From Octopus bimaculoides (Eukaryota): DNA of 64,000 nucleotides. Shown piece by piece: positions 1 to 13,396 of this stretch. The notes beneath the pieces are model-generated. The model had not been told where the DNA came from and ran no database searches. It worked only from the letters and a program-made list of their open reading frames with translations. Made by a program: the position numbers and the translations under genes. The stretch lies in the NCBI RefSeq assembly GCF_001194135.2, contig NC_068999.1, positions 33,364,119 through 33,428,118 of the forward strand. The letters run 5' to 3'. Numbering within the stretch: position 1 is the first letter of the stretch; each line of letters opens with the position of its first letter.

Positions 1-260
1 GTGTGTGTGTGTGTGTGTAATGAATTTATAGTAAAGGAGAACAGAGATTTATATCCAGTTTTATTCAGCAGTTAACTACTTCTTTTCATTTCTGCACCTA
101 CACGTTTCTGCAGCAGCTAATGCACAAGCAAAATTGACATTTTTACGTTCGCATTTTGTTAATTGCCTTTTTTTATACACTCACTGAGGTTAGCCAGCAT
201 TAATAACTGGTAAAAGCAACTACAGTACCGACTTGGATTCTGAAATTTGTCTTTTATATA

Positions 261-535
261 TTTGTGTGTGTGTGTGTGTATGTGTGTGTGTGTGTCTGTG
301 TGTGTGTGTGTGTGTGTGTGTTTCCTTGTGTCTATGTTTGTCCCCCACCACCATTTGACAACCAGTGTTGGTTTACGTCCCTGTAACTTAGCAGTTTGGC
401 AAAAAAGACTGAAAAAATAAGCACCAGGCTTAAAAAACAAAATATAAGTACTAGAGTTGATGTATTTGACTAAAATTTCTTCAAGGCAGTGCTCCAGCAT
501 GGTCGCAGTCTAATGATGGAAACGAGTAATATAAA
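261..535 (+). mobile_element. SINE type A (tRNA-headed, central microsatellite), 3' half
   Basis: (TG)n followed by the tail ...gtaacttagcagtttggcaaaa...ataagcaccagg...gtgctccagcatggtcgcagtc..., which recurs in more than 10 copies in the window. Other partial copies: ~1645-1790 +, ~1830-1990 -, ~5520-5625 -, ~7605-7800 -, ~9605-9790 -, ~18520-18820 +, ~37930-38140 -. Confidence 0.8.
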
Positions 536-2416
536 AGAAGACACCAGTCAAGCACTGGTGTCAATTCTTCTATCTTTTTTTCCATGTTGTCTTATTTTCT
601 CTCTCTCTTTCTTCACATACATTCTCTCTCTCCCTTTCTCTCTCTTTCTTTAATTTTACACTGTAACTATAACTGGTTGTTTAACTTGAGGCCTGTCCTG
701 TTCAAGTAAACCTATTACCAAAAGTATTCAGATTTTGACCGTTTAATCATAGTGTATCTAAAACTACTCCAGTGTGTTTGTTCTATTTTTCTTCTTAAAA
801 TATTATGGTAAAATTTCAGGAAGGTTTTAGCTGCTGTCTCTAGAAGGCAAACTGACAGTACAGATCCTCCCTTGTAGGCTATAAAAACACTATTTTTACT
901 TTATGGCATCATCAATATTTCTATCACAAAGCTCCTAACCCACATTGTTGATATAAACTGACTTTCAAATAAGCAAATATCTAAATAAATAGATCATATC
1001 ATGTGATTCTGGACTATTGCTTTGTCTAAACACTTGAGACAATCAGTTTGGTCTTTAACGACACTTTTCAACCAGCCAAACTATCTGATTCCCAATCAAT
1101 AAGTTCTACTAATCAATAATGAACTAATTGATGCTTAATGATAGTTCACATGAAATGCCAGACAATTTAATTCCTGGAAATAATTAGTCTTAAAAGTACA
1201 AATATTCTGATCCTTTTTGAAGATTGAGATCTTCAACATTCTAGTCAGTAGGTTTATTCCCAATACTCTGAATATCTGGAGTGTTGTCTATCAACATCTC
1301 AACAACACTCTGACAACAAACATCAATTGTAGTCAAAAAGAGATGCATTATTGGGGAACTAATCCAGCATGGCTTTGTTAATAAATATATTGTGGGCACA
1401 AGTATAAGCATGGGCCCAGGAACAGGGGGTGCAAGCACACTCCCTAGAATTTTTGTGGGGCGTAAAATCAAAATTTACACTTCTACTTACTTTTCTCAGG
1501 TTTAGAAAACAGTGAGTAAAAAGTAGTTTGAAGTTAGGTTTCTTCTCAAAGTACAAAGAACAAAAATGGATAAAAAGACCTTGTTTGTTAAGAATTCTGG
1601 ACCTGGGTTTGCACCCACTAAGCAAATTTCATTCCTGAGCCAATGGGTGTAGGTGTGTGGTACGAAATTTGCTTCCCAACCACATGGTTCCATGTTCAGT
1701 CCCATTGTGTGGCACAGCACCTTGGGCAACAGTCTTCTTCTTTAGCTCTGAGGTGACCAAAACCCTGTGAGTGGATTTGGTAGATGAAAACTTTTTTAGT
1801 TTGGAGTTAATTGTTACCAGCCACCTGGTTGGTAGCAAGGTTATGAAGGAAAGCATCTTGTTTTGTTCAGCATCAATACTGCTAAGTTACAGGGATGTAA
1901 ACAAACAAGGGCTGGTTGTCAAGCAGTGGTGGAGGACAAACACAAACATGACCAGCTTATTTTATTTTGTATCCATTTATGTCTTGTAACTTAGAAGTTC
2001 ACCAAATAGAAGTTGATAGAATTAGTACTACGGTGAATATAATTGATTAAACACCTGGATGTAGTGCACTAGCAAGGCTACAATCCAATGACTTAACATA
2101 GTAAAACAATTAAAACAATGCACTTTAACCTATAAATATGAATAATGTAAATTATAGAAACTAATTAATTAATTAGTTCTTTATTGAATAAATAAAACAT
2201 AATTATCAAGAATTTGTACTCAGAATTTCATTTTGGATTTTTCTCGTTTTTTTGAGCTATGATTTTATTTTTCCATGGCTCATATACTTATGTCATGTCA
2301 TACGCCAACTATATCTTGTAGCACATCACTCTGCATCCTTTGCTATAAATTTTGGCATGCCTAGCTAAATTTTCTAAGAAACCTAGTTACCATGGTGACA
2401 TACCAATGGTTTAGAC

Positions 2417-2757
2417 CAGTGGTTCTCAACTGGGGTCCATATGGCCCCTGAAGGTTCATACAAGATTTTTGGGGTCCACGTAAATTGAGGATCCACGATA
2501 GTATTTTAACAGCCCTTAAAAAAATTTTGCTTTAGGTGTGTGTATGTATTGGTATGTATTGTGAGAAACAGCTAGGTTTCTTTCTCTAACATTTTACATC
2601 GTTCAACCTACACAAATTAATGTGCGAAAAACAATATAGGAATTTTGGAAAAAGGTATCTACAAATCTAGTTTTTAAACATCGAAGAGCTATGGGGTCCA
2701 CCAGAATAAAACAGTAATCAAAGGGATCCATTCATAAAAAATGGTTGAGAAACCCTG
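2417..2757. mobile_element. hAT-type MITE (Charlie/Buster-like)
   Basis: TIRs CAGTGGTTCTCAAC ... GTTGAGAAACCCTG; 8-bp TSD GTTTAGAC/CTTTAGAC with central TA; no coding capacity. Confidence 0.85.
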
Positions 2758-2892
2758 CTTTAGACGAATTGAACCAATAAAAGACCCTCTAAATGATTGC
2801 TTGACCTTCTAGAAATAACAGCCAGATCACTCTCAAATAACACCTTCCTATCTTAAAAATGGAACTACATTGAATAATGTAGTTCTAGGTAG

Positions 2893-3290
2893 GCACAGGC
2901 ATGGCTGTGTGGTAAGAAGCTTGCTTCTCAACCACATGGTTCTGGGTTCAGTCCTGTTGCATGGCACCTTGGGCAAGTATCTTCTACTATAGCTTTGGGC
3001 CAACCAAAACCTTGTGAGTGGTTTTGATAGATGGAAACTGAAAGAGGCCCATTGTATATGTGTGTGTGTATATATGAATGTATGTACTAGTGTGTGTGTC
3101 TGTGTTCGTCCTCTCTTCTACTGCTTGACAACTAGTGTTGGTGTGTTTATGTCCCTGTAACTTGGCGGTTCAGCAAAAGAGACCAATAGAATAAGTACCA
3201 GACCTTACAAAAATAGTACTGGGGTTGATTCATTCGACTAAAATGGTGATGTCCCAGCATGGCTGCAGTCTAATGATTGAAACAAGCAAA
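2893..3290 (+). mobile_element. SINE type A, full length
   Basis: tRNA-like head (tggctgtgtggtaag ... gggttcagtcc), central (TG/TA)n and conserved tail ending gattgaaacaag. Confidence 0.85.
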
Positions 3291-3489
3291 AAATAAACAA
3301 TACTATTTTCTGAATAAAAAGATGAACTGGCTGCAAAAAGGAATCCAATCTGCTTGGTCTGGACTGACAACATTAGAGAAAAAAATATTTAAAGCAAAAA
3401 TATAGATAGGTAGATAGACAGGAGGAGGAAGAGAGAGAGAGTATTTGTGTGTGTGTGCGTGTGTGGGTCCCAATGGATTTTGAAAATGC

Positions 3490-5165
3490 TTAAATTACCG
3501 TTGACACATTTTCTTCTTTTTCTTCCTTCAGCTAATTATTTCTAATTTGGTTTCTATTGATTTCTAGAAGACATGTGAGAACTATTCCACACTGAGTTTC
3601 TAACCATTTCTCCGAGAACTGTCAACAGTATTTCTAACTAAACATCTTTGTGAGGCAGTTAGAAACATTCTATACGGTTGCTATATATATCCTGTTATAC
3701 AGAATGTTCTGTCTGATTTTTCAGAATTTATTTAAAAGTGCAATCATTATATTTAATACTGCATACTTAATCATCTATATAATTTCTTTCACTTTCTATC
3801 ATTTTTCTCCATCTAATTGTAAGTTTTGAATGTCTACTGACTATGCTTTTCTCTATTTAAATGATTTTGCAAAGAGGAATTTAGATGGAGCTAGGTCTGA
3901 ATAATATGGAGTGTGTGGCATTTTCCCCCATTTGAATGATTTTTAGATCATTTTTCGTGGCTTGTACAGTGTGAGGTCAAGCATTATCTTGATGAAAGGG
4001 AAACTCCAGCTATTCATTAAGGCAGGGTGCTTTCTATCCGAAGCAATATTCAAATGGGGAAGCTACCATTAGTAATTATTTGATTTTGCCCTAAAAGTTC
4101 ATAATCAATAATTCCTTTCATATCCTACCAAACACTCAATAGAATGTTCTTTGAGTGAAGCCCTCCTTGTGAATGTGGCTCAAGTTTTTAATTTAAGATT
4201 AGTCATCATTGCTGTCACTTTTGCCATCACCATTGTCATCACCATCATCATCATTATTAATACTTGTGTTCCATGCTGGCATGGACTGGATGGTTTGACA
4301 GGATCTGATGTGCTCAAGGATTGCATTGTGCTCCAAGGTCTGTTTTGGCATGGTTTCTACAACTGGGTACCCTTCCTAATGCCAATCACTTTATAGTATG
4401 GACTGGGTGCTTTTTTTATGCCATCTGGTCCTATGCAGCTCACTGAACTACAAATTTGGGGATAGGGGTCAGCTTCATGCTTAGTGGATGAAAGTTTTGA
4501 ACTATGAGAAGTGGGGGTAGCAGAGCAGATTATTGCAGAGGATCTGCATAGCTACTCACATCTGGTAGGGAAGCCATGCACTTAATATTGCAGTAAAGTT
4601 TCCATTTCTCATCTCCAGCCATGACTTTATTTAAAAATGGTGCTTGGAGTTTATTTGTATCGAACAGTTCACAGCCCTGAAGTTTTTGCTGATGATTTGT
4701 TATTGAAAGAGCATGAAAACCCCATTTTCCCAATGTTGAAACCTAATATTCATAATACTAACATTAAATTCAGTAGAAAGCTCTCTCATTGTCACATTGG
4801 GACATCTTGCAATTGTTGCCTCTGGCATTTTGTCATCCAGTTCAGAGAATGTTGTTACCTAGGATTATCAACCAAATTTCAGTTGCCATATCTGAATTTT
4901 TCAAACTACATCTGCAAAGTCTTTCATTCACTGCATCTGGGCCATAATTCTTTTTTTGAACAGTGTTGGCTAAAGCATGCAACAAATATGTTCTTTGCTT
5001 ATTTGCTGGGTTTTTCAAATAGAAAATTAATGTATCAAGATATGGTTGTTGCATTATGGGAACTGTTCATGAAATGATTATGCATCAGTGACTGCCACCA
5101 ATAGTTACAGGTTTTGCAAAAACAGGTTTTAACAAGTTCAAACTTGTAGTCGGACAGAACTTTCT
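3490..5165 (-). mobile_element. Degraded mariner (DD34D) transposon, interrupted at ~4235-4570
   Basis: Minus-strand fragments YGPDAVNERLC, FLNKVMAGDEKW, HQDNA*PHT and PYYSDLAPS resemble mariner HTH and catalytic motifs; many stops and frameshifts. Confidence 0.75.
4235..4570 (-). mobile_element. RTE-LINE 3' tail fragment
   Basis: (CAT)n tail plus the ttctacaactgggtacccttcctaatgccaatcact motif shared with the 3' end of the RTE at 24637-26450. Other tails: ~15340-15565 +, ~50750-50930 -, ~51570-51630 -. Confidence 0.7.
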
Positions 5166-5428
5166 GTTCTACCTGATATCATCTTTATTATTGTTTCAAT
5201 GTTGACTTTCCTATGCTTCCATGGGTTGGATAGAGTTCATTGAGGCAGATTTTTCTATGGTTGGATGCCCTTCCTATCACCAACCCTTATCTGTTTCCAT
5301 GCAAGGTAACATTTCTCCATGGCCAGATATAGTTTTAGTCAATATTAGAAAATGAATGACACTGCTTTTATGACACTAACACTCATTTACAAGTATCACA
5401 CTATGTCAAAACAGGAAGACATAAGCAA

Positions 5429-5506
<78 letters not shown>

Positions 5507-6339
5507 CTTTCAGTTTGTGTCTACTAAATCCACTCACAAGCATTTAGCCAGCTTGGGGCTATAGATGAAGATACTTGCCCAGGGTGCCACACAGTGGGAC
5601 TGAACCTAAAAACCATGTGGTTGGATAAACACTAGTACATTCTGGTTTCAGACCTCACTAGGGGTTGTCTTTGTATTTTACTGATGCAACACCTGTCACT
5701 CAAGTCGTGGCTTCAATTCACTCCTTATACTACCTACTCTGATAATGTGATGGCTTGATTCCAAACTTTGGTAAAATCAGTAGAGTTGTACACAAAGTCT
5801 CATGTAGTATTTTGTAATATCTCTTTGCATTGGAGTCGACTCTGTTCTATTTTTCTGGTGTTAATAAAATGAAACACCAGTCATTTACTGAAGTCAGTAT
5901 TATTGACTGTACTCCTTTTCCTACCTGTTAGGGGCCCTGTTAGAAATCATTATTTTTATTTGTAGTAGTTGTTATTATGTTAATTTCATGAGCAGGTTGT
6001 TCCATTGATCAGATCAACTAGAACACTTGTCATTGTAACTGATGGAGTGCCAGTTATTATTTGGAGAGTAGAATGGCAATGATCAACTTTAGAAGGATTT
6101 GAACTTAGAACTTATGTGTTCTTTGGTTGTCCCTGTCTCTCTGAAGTAGTTAACTTCCTAATATCTTTCTGAAAGACATTATTATTGATATTATTATTAC
6201 CATATGTGTTTATACCATGAGCATCATAGGTTGGTAGTAACTTACTGATGCATTCATGTAGTTATTCTTTGTGTATGTGTGTTCCTTTCATTCTTTTGGA
6301 CCAATCAAATATTGGAGTTGATGTAAGATTGGTTACGCT

Positions 6340-6760
6340 AGAAATATCTGTCTCTGTCACTGCCTTTTAAACCCCAACCTGGTCCTTGTTTGCTTTTGGT
6401 AGATTTCATTCTGTTGCAACCTTTCGAGTCAAGTCTCCAATATCAAGTTTACTCCCGTCATTCCTCCTACCACTCCTTCCCATCCTCCTACTGCTCTCAG
6501 GGACCCTGAAAAGAGTCACAAATGTTGCTCTTCTTCTGACTAAGTCATTAGAAAAAGTTTTTTAATGAAAGAATTTTCTCTTCATTTAACAGAATTGATT
6601 TAGCTGCCTCTTTTCTGCAACTAAGATGGTTCTGTAAGAATTCCAGCAGATGAATTCAACTCCACACAGGCAACTCTCAAACTGCCATCCTCAGTATTAT
6701 CTCCATGTACATATACAAAATTCCTATTTCTAGCAATGTCCCTTCATTATACTGCTTCAC
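6340..6760 (+). repeat. Unclassified interspersed repeat, copy 1 of an inverted pair
   Basis: Colinear reverse-complement match to 7905-8350 (e.g. ctgcaactaagatggttctgtaagaa vs ttacagaaccatcttagttgcag). Confidence 0.8.
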
Positions 6761-7365
6761 CTCAAAATTTCTAACTGACATTAGAAACAATTATTATACT
6801 TTGATCCTTTTAGCTTCTCTTTCAAACATTGTTTTGTTCATCCAACCACCTTTATGTTGCCGTCTTAAAAAGCTAGATACACACTTGTCATATACCTGTG
6901 TTTGTTTCAGTCAGTTTTTTTCTCAGGTGTAAGCCTTCTGCTAAACTTGGAAATCATTACAAATCCAAATACATAAGTTAAATATAATAAAAACTAAAAG
7001 CTAAAAAAAAAAGAAGCCTACCAACCAATCATTTGATTAATTAACTGATTGCTCCTACTTGGATAATTTGATAGATCAATAGATTGATTACTTTAATTCT
7101 TTGTTTGGACTAGAATCTATCTGATTAATCAAAGGGTGAGGAAAATTAAATAAGAAAAGACTTAAGGCCACAGCATGAAAACTTGTTGGCAGAAATCAAC
7201 AGGAGTGGACATGTTGTGAACAGCTGATAAAAGACAGAGCTGTCAGTTGGCTAAACCTGTTCAAATAGAGACACTGGGTACTTCACACAATACTAGATAT
7301 CACACACACACACAAATGAACTACACACATACAATCACTCTCATGCTCTCTCCACAGGTATGAAT

Positions 7366-7407
<42 letters not shown>

Positions 7408-7904
7408 GTGTATGTATCGGTAACTCTGACAACACCCAAATGCACATGTTAACTTCATTTAAAACTTATTTCACAGTAAGCGCTGTGATGATGATACTGT
7501 CAATAAAGTCTCAGGTGCCACACCAGACATTATTCTTTGTTTATCCAATGTTGATTTCTTTGTTCAAAGAAGGATACCATCCACAATTTTCCTGTGATCT
7601 TTTATCCTTTACTGGTTTCAGTCATTAGACTGTGGCCATGCTGGGGCACTACCTTAAAGAATCTTTAGTTGAAGAAATCAGCTCCAGTGCTTAATTTTAT
7701 ATAAAGCCTGCTACTTATTCTATTGGTCTCTATTGCTGNNNNNNNNNNATTTTATATAAAGCCTGCTACTTATTCTATTGGTCTCTATTGCTGAACCGTG
7801 TGTGTGTGTGTGTGTGTGTGTGTGGTATGCTTGTGTCCTTGTCTTGGCCTCATGTTGTTGTTGTAAAGGAGCATCACAGTCATTCAAACAGGAGAAGGAA
7901 GTCC

Positions 7905-8350
7905 TTCCTGCATTACATTATTTCAATATAATGAAGGGACATTACTAGGAATAGCCATTTTGTATATGTACATGGAGATAACATTGAGGCTGGTAGTTTG
8001 AGAGTTTTGTTGCCTGCGTGGAGTTAAATTTATCTGCTGGAGTTCTTACAGAACCATCTTAGTTGCAGAAAGGTGGCAGCTAAATTGATTCTTTCAAATG
8101 AAGAATGAAAATTCTTTTATCATTTTTACTTATTTATTTTAATGGCTTAGTCAGAGGGTGACTCTTTCCAGGGTCTCTGAGTGGAGTAAGAGGAATGAAG
8201 GAGTAGTAGGAGGGAGGGAATGGTAGGGGAAATAAGAGGAGTAAACCTGATATTGGAGATTTGACCTGAAGGGTTGCAACAGAATGGAATCTGCCAAAAG
8301 CAAACAAGGACCAGGCTGGGGTTTAAAATGCAATGAGAGAGATACAAACT
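7905..8350 (-). repeat. Unclassified interspersed repeat, copy 2 of an inverted pair
   Basis: Reverse complement of 6340-6760 over ~400 bp, with scattered mismatches and indels. Confidence 0.8.
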
Positions 8351-8424
8351 TCTGGTGTAACCAATCTTTCTTGTGAAATCAGGCTTTGAAACAACACCAG
8401 ATAAAAATGCAAAAAATATAAGTA

Positions 8425-8825
8425 CAAGCATGGTTGTGTGGTTGAGAAGCTCACTTTGCAACCATGTGGTTTTGGGTTCAGTCCCACTACATGGTACTTT
8501 GGGAAAGTACCTTGGGCAAGTACCTTGGGCAAGTACCTTGGGCAAGTACCTTGGGCAAGTGTCTATAGCCCTGAATTGACCAATGTTTAGCAAGTAAATT
8601 TGGTTTATGGGAACTGTGTGGAACTCTATCGTTGTGTGTGCGTGCATGTGTTTATGCTTGTCCCCCTCCACTGTTTGACAACAGTTGTAGTTTGTTTATG
8701 TCACCATAACTTTGTGGTTCAGCAAAAGTGACTGATAGAATAAGTACCAGAAATAAGAAAATAAGTAAAACCTTCAAGGTGGTGCTCTAGCATGGCCGCA
8801 GCCCAATGACTAAGATAAATAAAAG
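8425..8825 (+). mobile_element. SINE type A, full length, with an internal 13-bp tandem amplification
   Basis: Head and tail as in other copies; (AAGTACCTTGGGC)x~4 at ~8504-8560. Confidence 0.85.
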
Positions 8826-9812
8826 ATATATGAGTTAACCAGGAAACCTATATGTTTTTGCTTGACCTATTGGGAAAAACTGCTAAATCTCCCTCAAATC
8901 TTTTAAAAAAATGAGGACATGTTGGATAATGTAATGGTAGATAGAATATTTGTTTAAAAGATGGTATTATCATGGCTGGAATAGCTTTGAATCACAAATC
9001 TATTCCATAGCTGATGATCTGAAACTGAATAAAAACAACAGTGAAAAACTAAACTCTCAGAGCTGACCATCTCTACTTAAAAAAATGCTAATATCAAGGA
9101 CAGCTTTATGTTACTGTGTCATGAGCCAGACATACAAGTAACATTTACCATTATTATCAAGAGGAACGTCAAATTTGACAGCCAACAAGAATCTCTATCA
9201 ATAATTCTGTTTAGAAAGTTTGATTTGGTAAATTATTGGCAATATTTGGTTTCCTGATTTAATTATCGTTATTGAAGTTTTGCATTGTAATTTTTGTTTG
9301 GTTTGCTATTTTTGTTAATTAAAATGTTTCTTTAACATTTATCTGAATTCACATCAATATATCTATCCGGTTAATATGCTGTAGTGGAAGGCAAGGTCAG
9401 GAGACAAGACTCTATTTCTTCAGTTGTTCACTCATTCTTGCTGTGCTCTACTTCATTATATATCCATGAACATATGTATATTTTTCTTGTCTCTCATTTC
9501 AGCTTTGGTTAAATTAGACTTTGTTGATGAGGCCTAATAAGATAAAAACATGTCTAGAGTTATTACTGTACCACTATATACTCCTACCCCACTCTCATAC
9601 ACAAGTCTTTTACTTGTTTCAGTCACTGGACTGTGGTCATGCTGAGATTTGCTCTTACTACTTATTTATTTTTTTTGTTTTTGTTTTTTAAAGTCTGGTA
9701 TTTATTCTATTGGTTTCTTTTCCTGAACTGCAAAATTACAGGACATAAACAAACCAACACTGGTTGTCATATGGTAGTGGTACAAACACAAAGATACACA
9801 CACACACATATG

Positions 9813-9842
<30 letters not shown>

Positions 9843-9845
<3 letters not shown>

Positions 9846-10675
9846 CATCATCATTTAACATGTGTTCTCTATGCTGACATGGGTTGGATGGTTTGATAGG
9901 AGCTGGCAAGCCAGTGGACTGCACCAAGCTTGACTGTCTGTTTTGGCATGGTTTTTACATCAGGATGCCCTTCCTAATGCCAACCACTTTAAAGAGTTTA
10001 CTGGGTTCTCTTAATGTAGAGCTGGTACTGGTGAGGTCTGTTTTAGAATGGTTTCTACAGCTGGATGACCTTCCTAACACCAACCACTTTACAAAGTGGA
10101 CTGAGTGCTTTTCTTATGTGGCACCATCACTAAATAATTTGTAAGACAAAGATCCTTTGAGAGGTGGGGTGGTATTGGAGGAGGTGGCTTTGTGCCAGGT
10201 GATGAGAGGTTAGAGTATGACAGAGAGACACAAACAGGTGTTTTACTGCAGAGGAGGTACACGGTTATCCCATTCTGAGGGAGAGAGTGACAGAGAAGGT
10301 GGCAATATGCCAGGGCATACTCTCAAGGTACAGGGATGATAATGTATATGGAATGGTAGAGCAATGGTGAGGGTGCATGAATAGGGAGTTCATGTGAATG
10401 GAAAAAGGAGCTGAGCAGATGCAGTGACTGGTGAAACCTTAATATAGAGTGGGGACAACAGGGTAGCAATGATACAGTTGGCAAGGAGGATTGGATTGGG
10501 CTACAGGAGTTGGGAGGGAGAGTTAAAGCATAGAGGAAATGTGAGGAAGAGGAGATGGGGGAGATATAGTCTGGTTTATTGAGGTAGGGTGTGTGAAAAC
10601 TTAATATCACATGTGCGTGGGACATGCAGTGCTCTCAGAACTCACTTTCACTGAGGTGGGTGGGCCTTCTCAAGA
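9843..10675 (-). mobile_element. RTE-LINE 3' end (second subfamily): ORF end plus long 3' UTR
   Basis: Minus strand starts VLEKAHPPQ* (cf. VREKTRQGK* at 46.4 kb) and ends in the shared ccaacccatg...aaatgatgatg tail. Confidence 0.65.
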
Positions 10676-10807
10676 ACCATATATATATATATATATACAT
10701 AATTAAGGGATCAGCAAACATTTGCTTCAGCACATACCATTATTAATTGTTGATTTATAAATAAATTAATAAATTGATAAACCNNNNNNNNNNNNNNNNN
10801 NNNNNNN

Positions 10808-10855
<48 letters not shown>

Positions 10856-11211
10856 GAATGTATATATAGCTTCTTAACCACGCAGCCATGCCTTCACCAT
10901 TAAATTATGGAAATATGTGGTAGCATGGATAATTAAACTTGTCACATATAAAGATATATTAGCTATAAAAATTTGTTCACAGTTTGAAGACTTGACAGAT
11001 CATTCTATAGTTTGAGAGATCATATTTCACTAAATCTCCCACACATTTAGTTATCTGAATTGCATGATTCCAACCATTAAAACGTAGTACATGTGGCTGA
11101 TAACAACATTCAATACATGAGATATGATACATTATCTGTCATATGTGCTTAAATCTTAGTCAGATTCTGTATTTAGAGCAGTCTGACCAACATTGACGGT
11201 AGGGAATCACC

Positions 11212-11396
11212 CAGGGGCGTATATTCTGGGTATGTGCTGCACACCCATTGAAAATAGCAACTTTGTTATAAATACTAATCTTCCTCATTTCTTTAATCCC
11301 AAATCTTAATGGAAAACTTTTGTTATACGCCTGTTTGAAATTTGGTGGCGTTGGGTGTGGCAGCACACCCAATACAACAACCACCATATGCAACTG
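11212..11396. mobile_element. hAT-type MITE
   Basis: Imperfect TIRs CAGGGGCGTA / TATGCAACTG; 8-bp TSD GAATCACC/GATTCACC; subterminal gctgcacaccca repeats. Confidence 0.7.
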
Positions 11397-11458
11397 GATT
11401 CACCCTCCCTGTTTCTTGTTCATTTCTTCTCTCTCTTCCACCTTCATACCTTTCTTCC

Positions 11459-12110
11459 TTTTACTTGTTTCAGTCGTCTGCCAGAGGCCATGTTGGGGCA
11501 CTGCCTTGAAGGATTTTAGTTGAACAAATCAACCCCAGGACTGTTTGTTTAAAGTCTAATACTTATTCTTTCAGTATATTTTGCTGAACCACTAAGCTAT
11601 GGGAACATAAACACACCAATACCAGTCGTCAAGCAGTGGTTGGGGCCAAACACACACACACACACATACATATGTGATCTGAACGAAAAAGCACACTCTA
11701 AGATGCAGAGCAGTATAAATTAAGATTGGGGAAGGCCGGTTTATAGGATTACATTAGGTTTCCTGTCCATAAAGGGTTTAGCTTTATGGTGTATTGTCAG
11801 ATCTCAAAACCTGTTGGCCCATATTTTTAAGAAGTCTTGGGCCAACAGGTTTTTGGGATCTGACGATATGCCATAAAGCTAAACCCTTTATGGACGGGAG
11901 ACCTAAGGTAATGCCATAAACTGGCCTTCCCAATTTTAATGTATATATGCGATGGGCTTCGTTAAGTTTCTGTCTATCAAATTCACTCAGAAGGCTTTAG
12001 TTGGCCAGAGGCTGTAGTAGAAGATACTTGCCCAAGGTGCCATGCGTGGGACTAAACCCAGAACCCTGTGATTAGTAAGCAAGGTTCTTACCACACAGCC
12101 ATGCCTGCAC
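11459..12110 (-). mobile_element. SINE type A split by a foldback insertion in its central microsatellite
   Basis: 3' half at 11459-11660 and 5' half at 11950-12110, both on the minus strand. Confidence 0.8.
11714..11944. mobile_element. Foldback (hairpin) MITE-like element
   Basis: Arms of ~108 bp (…ccataaagggtttagctttatgg…aaacctgttggccca / tgggccaacaggttt…ccataaagctaaaccctttatgg…) around a 16-nt loop; TA-rich ends. Confidence 0.85.
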
Positions 12111-12754
12111 CTATACTAGGACCCTTTCAAACCAAATTTCTCTGTCCCTATTTAATCACTCTCCATATTTCATTTTCACTCTATGTATCGAACTCCTCAT
12201 CCACTGCTAACAATATTTTTGTTTTTCTCAACTCTGTTGAAGGCCAAGGACCTATAACTTTAGACTTTCTATGTTTCACATCAGTCAAAATTATCAACAT
12301 TTCATCAACTCTCTTTTGTCTGTAAGCATATTTAATATTTCTCTGAAGAAACTCAATTTAATAGATGAGTGTTATCAGGAAATAGTCAGTCTATCAGGAT
12401 TTCCATTCATGTAAAAGTTTCTTCACATCTGCTCTACTTATCTAATGAACTGCGAATCATATGTAAAATATTTTCAGTTACAAAATGTTGCTTTTGATCT
12501 GAATGAGCTCTGGGATTAATCACACCATTCACCATTATCATGTGTGAATGTAGCTATGGTTGTGTACTTGAGAAATTGGTTTACAACTATACGCTCACAA
12601 TACCATTGTGATCTAATGTGGTAGTCTGAATGAGTGTCTTCTATCAGGGCTTCAAGTTGACTGATACCTTGTGATTGAAATTTCATAGATTACAGCTATG
12701 CAGAGGCATGTTGTGCAGTGTATGTGTGTGTGCGTGCATATATTTACTGGTAGC

Positions 12755-13070
12755 GAAGGTGTGTGGCTTAGTGGTTAAGGCATTTAGCTCATGATTGTAA
12801 GGTCATCAGTTCGACTCCAGGCAGCAAGTTGTGTGTCCTTGAGCAAGACACTTTATTACACATTGCTCCAGTCCACTCAGCTGGCAAAAATGCGTTGTAC
12901 CTGTAATTCAGAGAGCCAGTCTTGTCACTTTCTGTATCACGCTGAATCTCCCTGGGAACTGTTAAGAGTATGCATGTCTGTGGAGTACTCAACCACCATT
13001 AATTTCACAAGTAAGCTGTTCCAATGATTGGAGCAACTGGAACCCTATTCATCATAACCTACAGATTGCC
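12755..13070 (+). mobile_element. SINE type C (tRNA head plus CORE/Meta-like central domain)
   Basis: A/B-box-like head tggcttagtggttaagg…agttcgactcc, then gtccttgagcaagacac…ccactcagctgg. Other copies: ~22615-22950 +, ~48700-49012 + (variant head), ~52780-52955 -. Confidence 0.75.
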
Positions 13071-13396
13071 AGTTTATTTACTGCTAATGAAGCCATTAGA
13101 TAAATAAAGATTAATAAAATAAACAACATTAATAAAATAATAAAATTTCAAGCTTAAGGCTTGAAATTTGGGGGTAGGAGGCTAGTTGATTTTATTGACC
13201 CCAGTGCTCAACTGGTACTTATTTTATCAACCATGAAGGGGCAGAATTTGAGAATTTAGAAATCAATAAAGTAATACCAGACTGAAATAAATACTAAGGA
13301 TTGATGTGATTAACAACACTTGATGCCAGTGCCTCAGCATGGCTGAGTATAATGGCTGAATCTAGTAGAAAAAGCAACAACTAAAGAATATATATA

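Noticed and set aside
1241-1320. Ankyrin-like peptide VVEMLIDNTPDI on the minus strand
   Set aside because: Too short, with no adjacent repeats or supporting exons.
7695-7795. Direct duplication around a 10-N gap
   Set aside because: Identical sequence on both sides of the gap; most likely an unmerged contig overlap.
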